64,000 bases of DNA, taken from IMG/VR virus record IMGVR_UViG_3300038379_000173, positions 1-64,000 of that record; one strand, given 5' to 3'. Source of the DNA: a virus (taxonomy: Duplodnaviria; Heunggongvirae; Uroviricota; Caudoviricetes). This document shows, in pieces, positions 63,893 to 64,000 of the stretch. The notes under the pieces were generated by a model. The model saw only the letters and a program-made list of their open reading frames with translations, made no database searches and had not been told where the DNA came from. A program made the translations under genes and the position numbers. The first letter of the stretch is position 1; the number at the start of each line of letters is the position of its first letter.

Positions 63893-63921
63893 AATATAGG
63901 GCGAGTGACATTAAAAGTCAA
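63893..63921 (-). promoter_or_regulatory. sigma70-type promoter TTGACT-N17-TATATT (minus strand) for the Hsp20/sugar operon
   Basis: reverse complement of 63893..63921 reads ttgact-17 nt-tatatt, ~25 nt upstream of the first start codon. Confidence 0.55.
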
Positions 63922-64000
63922 CAGGTGAGCATTTTTCATTTTGCATCATTTTTTGTGGCACAAAGACGACACACAGGGACTATTTAATGATACGTAAATC

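Noticed and set aside
1-64000. Genome-wide stop-codon (TAG) reassignment
   Set aside because: Most well-supported genes, including PDF, PhoH and Rnl1, terminate at TAG/TAA/TGA at the expected length; only one in-frame TAG (45305) was found.

Overview
This 64-kb window looks like part of a large, gene-dense, virulent tailed-phage genome. Coding density is about 95%, ORFs are short and mostly translationally coupled, and almost all genes in 1..46490 lie on the + strand. A large minus-strand block runs 50506..63869, a smaller one runs 46543..48464, and a small + island lies at 48567..50512. Shine-Dalgarno sites, sigma70-type promoters and rho-independent terminators are visible. Recognisable genes: rIIA/rIIB-like pair; T4 Rnl1-type RNA ligase (motif KEDGT); two SpoU-type RNA 2'-O-methyltransferases; two metallophosphoesterases; a pol-beta-type nucleotidyltransferase; HAD phosphatases; RuvB-like ATPase; sigma factor; PhoH; phage Dam methyltransferase; family-4 uracil-DNA glycosylase; AlkB-like dioxygenase (split across two frames); peptide deformylase; SPFH/prohibitin protein; Hsp20; pentapeptide-repeat protein; and a minus-strand sugar-nucleotide operon (GDP-mannose 4,6-dehydratase, epimerase/dehydratase, sugar-1-P nucleotidyltransferase, UDP-glucose-dehydrogenase-like, methyltransferase, HAD). 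Most notable observations: (1) a probable phage-encoded tmRNA (ssrA) at 38750..39119, immediately upstream of peptide deformylase; (2) a WGR + PARP-catalytic (H-Y-E) ADP-ribosyltransferase at 19714..20937; (3) a tRNA-Lys(UUU)-like gene with about 31 nt inserted in the D-loop, next to the Rnl1 RNA ligase, amid scattered RNA-repair/tRNA-modification genes; (4) an in-frame amber codon in a SLOG/YpsA-like gene plus two +1 frameshifts at homopolymers (AlkB-like gene, family-X paralog); (5) a tandem minus-strand array of paralogs sharing an MGSLN N-terminus encoded by different synonymous codons; (6) a 315-bp direct repeat at 1..315 and 9815..10129; (7) several lineage-specific paralog families. No capsid, portal, terminase, integrase or CRISPR was recognised. 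All calls come from reading the translations and sequence by eye; no database search was run.
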